Assembly: GCA_041937175.2 (NCBI GenBank)
Contig: CP166615.1
Span: forward strand, 3,776,001-3,840,000
Direction: 5' to 3'
Source: Limnothrix sp. BL-A-16
GTDB lineage: Bacteria > Cyanobacteriota > Cyanobacteriia > CACIAM-69d
DNA: 64,000 nucleotides
Shown one piece after another: positions 63,527 to 64,000 of the stretch (position 1 is the first letter of the stretch; every line of letters begins with the position of its first letter). Made by a program: the position numbers and the translations under genes. The notes under the pieces are model-generated. The model did not search any database. It was not told where the DNA came from and was given only the letters and a program-made list of their open reading frames with translations.

Positions 63527-63640
63527 ATCCCTGGCGATCGCCGTGATTCGTCTTGGGCATACCGGCCTTGAACGCAATTGATCTTGCGCGATTCGGGGAA
63601 ATCGAGCGCGGTCAACCCCGCGCCTTTCGGCAAGAAGCCC

Positions 63641-64000
63641 CTAGGTCAGCTTCAGGGCATCGTAACTACCGAACACTTTCAAGGTTTCTACCCGATCGCG
63701 CAGTTCTGCCAATGCCGCCTGGGTGCGAGCTTCCTGTTGCCCCGCTTCCAAATCTAAGAAAAACACATAATCCCCCAGGCCGCGCTTGGAGGGACGAGAT
63801 TCAATGCGACAAAGATTAATATCCCGTTCCGCCAGGGTGGCCAGGGGCTGCAACAGAGAGCCGGGTTGATTAATGGTTGAAAAGGCGATCGCCGTGTGGC
63901 TACCGGTGAGGTGCGCCGGTTCCCGGGCAATGACCCAAAACCGGGTGCAATTGTCCGGGCAGTCACTGATATCGCGAGCCAAAACGGGCAAATCGTACAG
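63641..64000 (-). CDS. pheA: Prephenate dehydratase, 3' part (runs off the window)
   Basis: NCTRFWV; ACT domain PGSL..INLCRIESRP..YVFFLD, FGSY. Confidence 0.93.
   Translation of the reverse strand: MYDLPVLARDISDCPDNCTRFWVIAREPAHLTGSHTAIAFSTINQPGSLLQPLATLAERDINLCRIESRPSKRGLGDYVFFLDLEAGQQEARTQAALAELRDRVETLKVFGSYDALKLT

Overview
This is chromosomal DNA from a cyanobacterium. GCGATCGC (HIP1) sites are very dense, and chlD, ycf36/ycf49-like genes and a phytochrome/CBCR kinase are present. The backbone is mostly housekeeping: hslO, clpC (frameshifted as assembled), yajQ, rsfS, chlD, ureDAB-orf-C, recA, dxs, a cysteine desulfurase, rsmA, an RRM protein and the 3' end of pheA. Two tRNAs lie on the minus strand, Ala-UGC and Arg-UCU. 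The accessory DNA comprises (i) an AT-rich BanI-like type II R-M pair at 3.3-5.7 kb; (ii) an island at about 10.8-20.5 kb carrying an AT-rich 760-aa protein that looks like a degenerate N6-MTase + TRD + HEPN-like fusion, a DUF6155-like gene, an Rpn nuclease whose 3' end occurs three times at block boundaries, and an AraC/TonB-receptor/PepSY iron module; and (iii) tandem DUF29 genes and a divergent Uma2 pair. Three ~140-160 bp MITE-like elements have two different types of terminal inverted repeat but share one central 20-bp palindrome. No CRISPR array, integrase or prophage was seen. Family assignments come from recognising motifs by eye, not from database searches.
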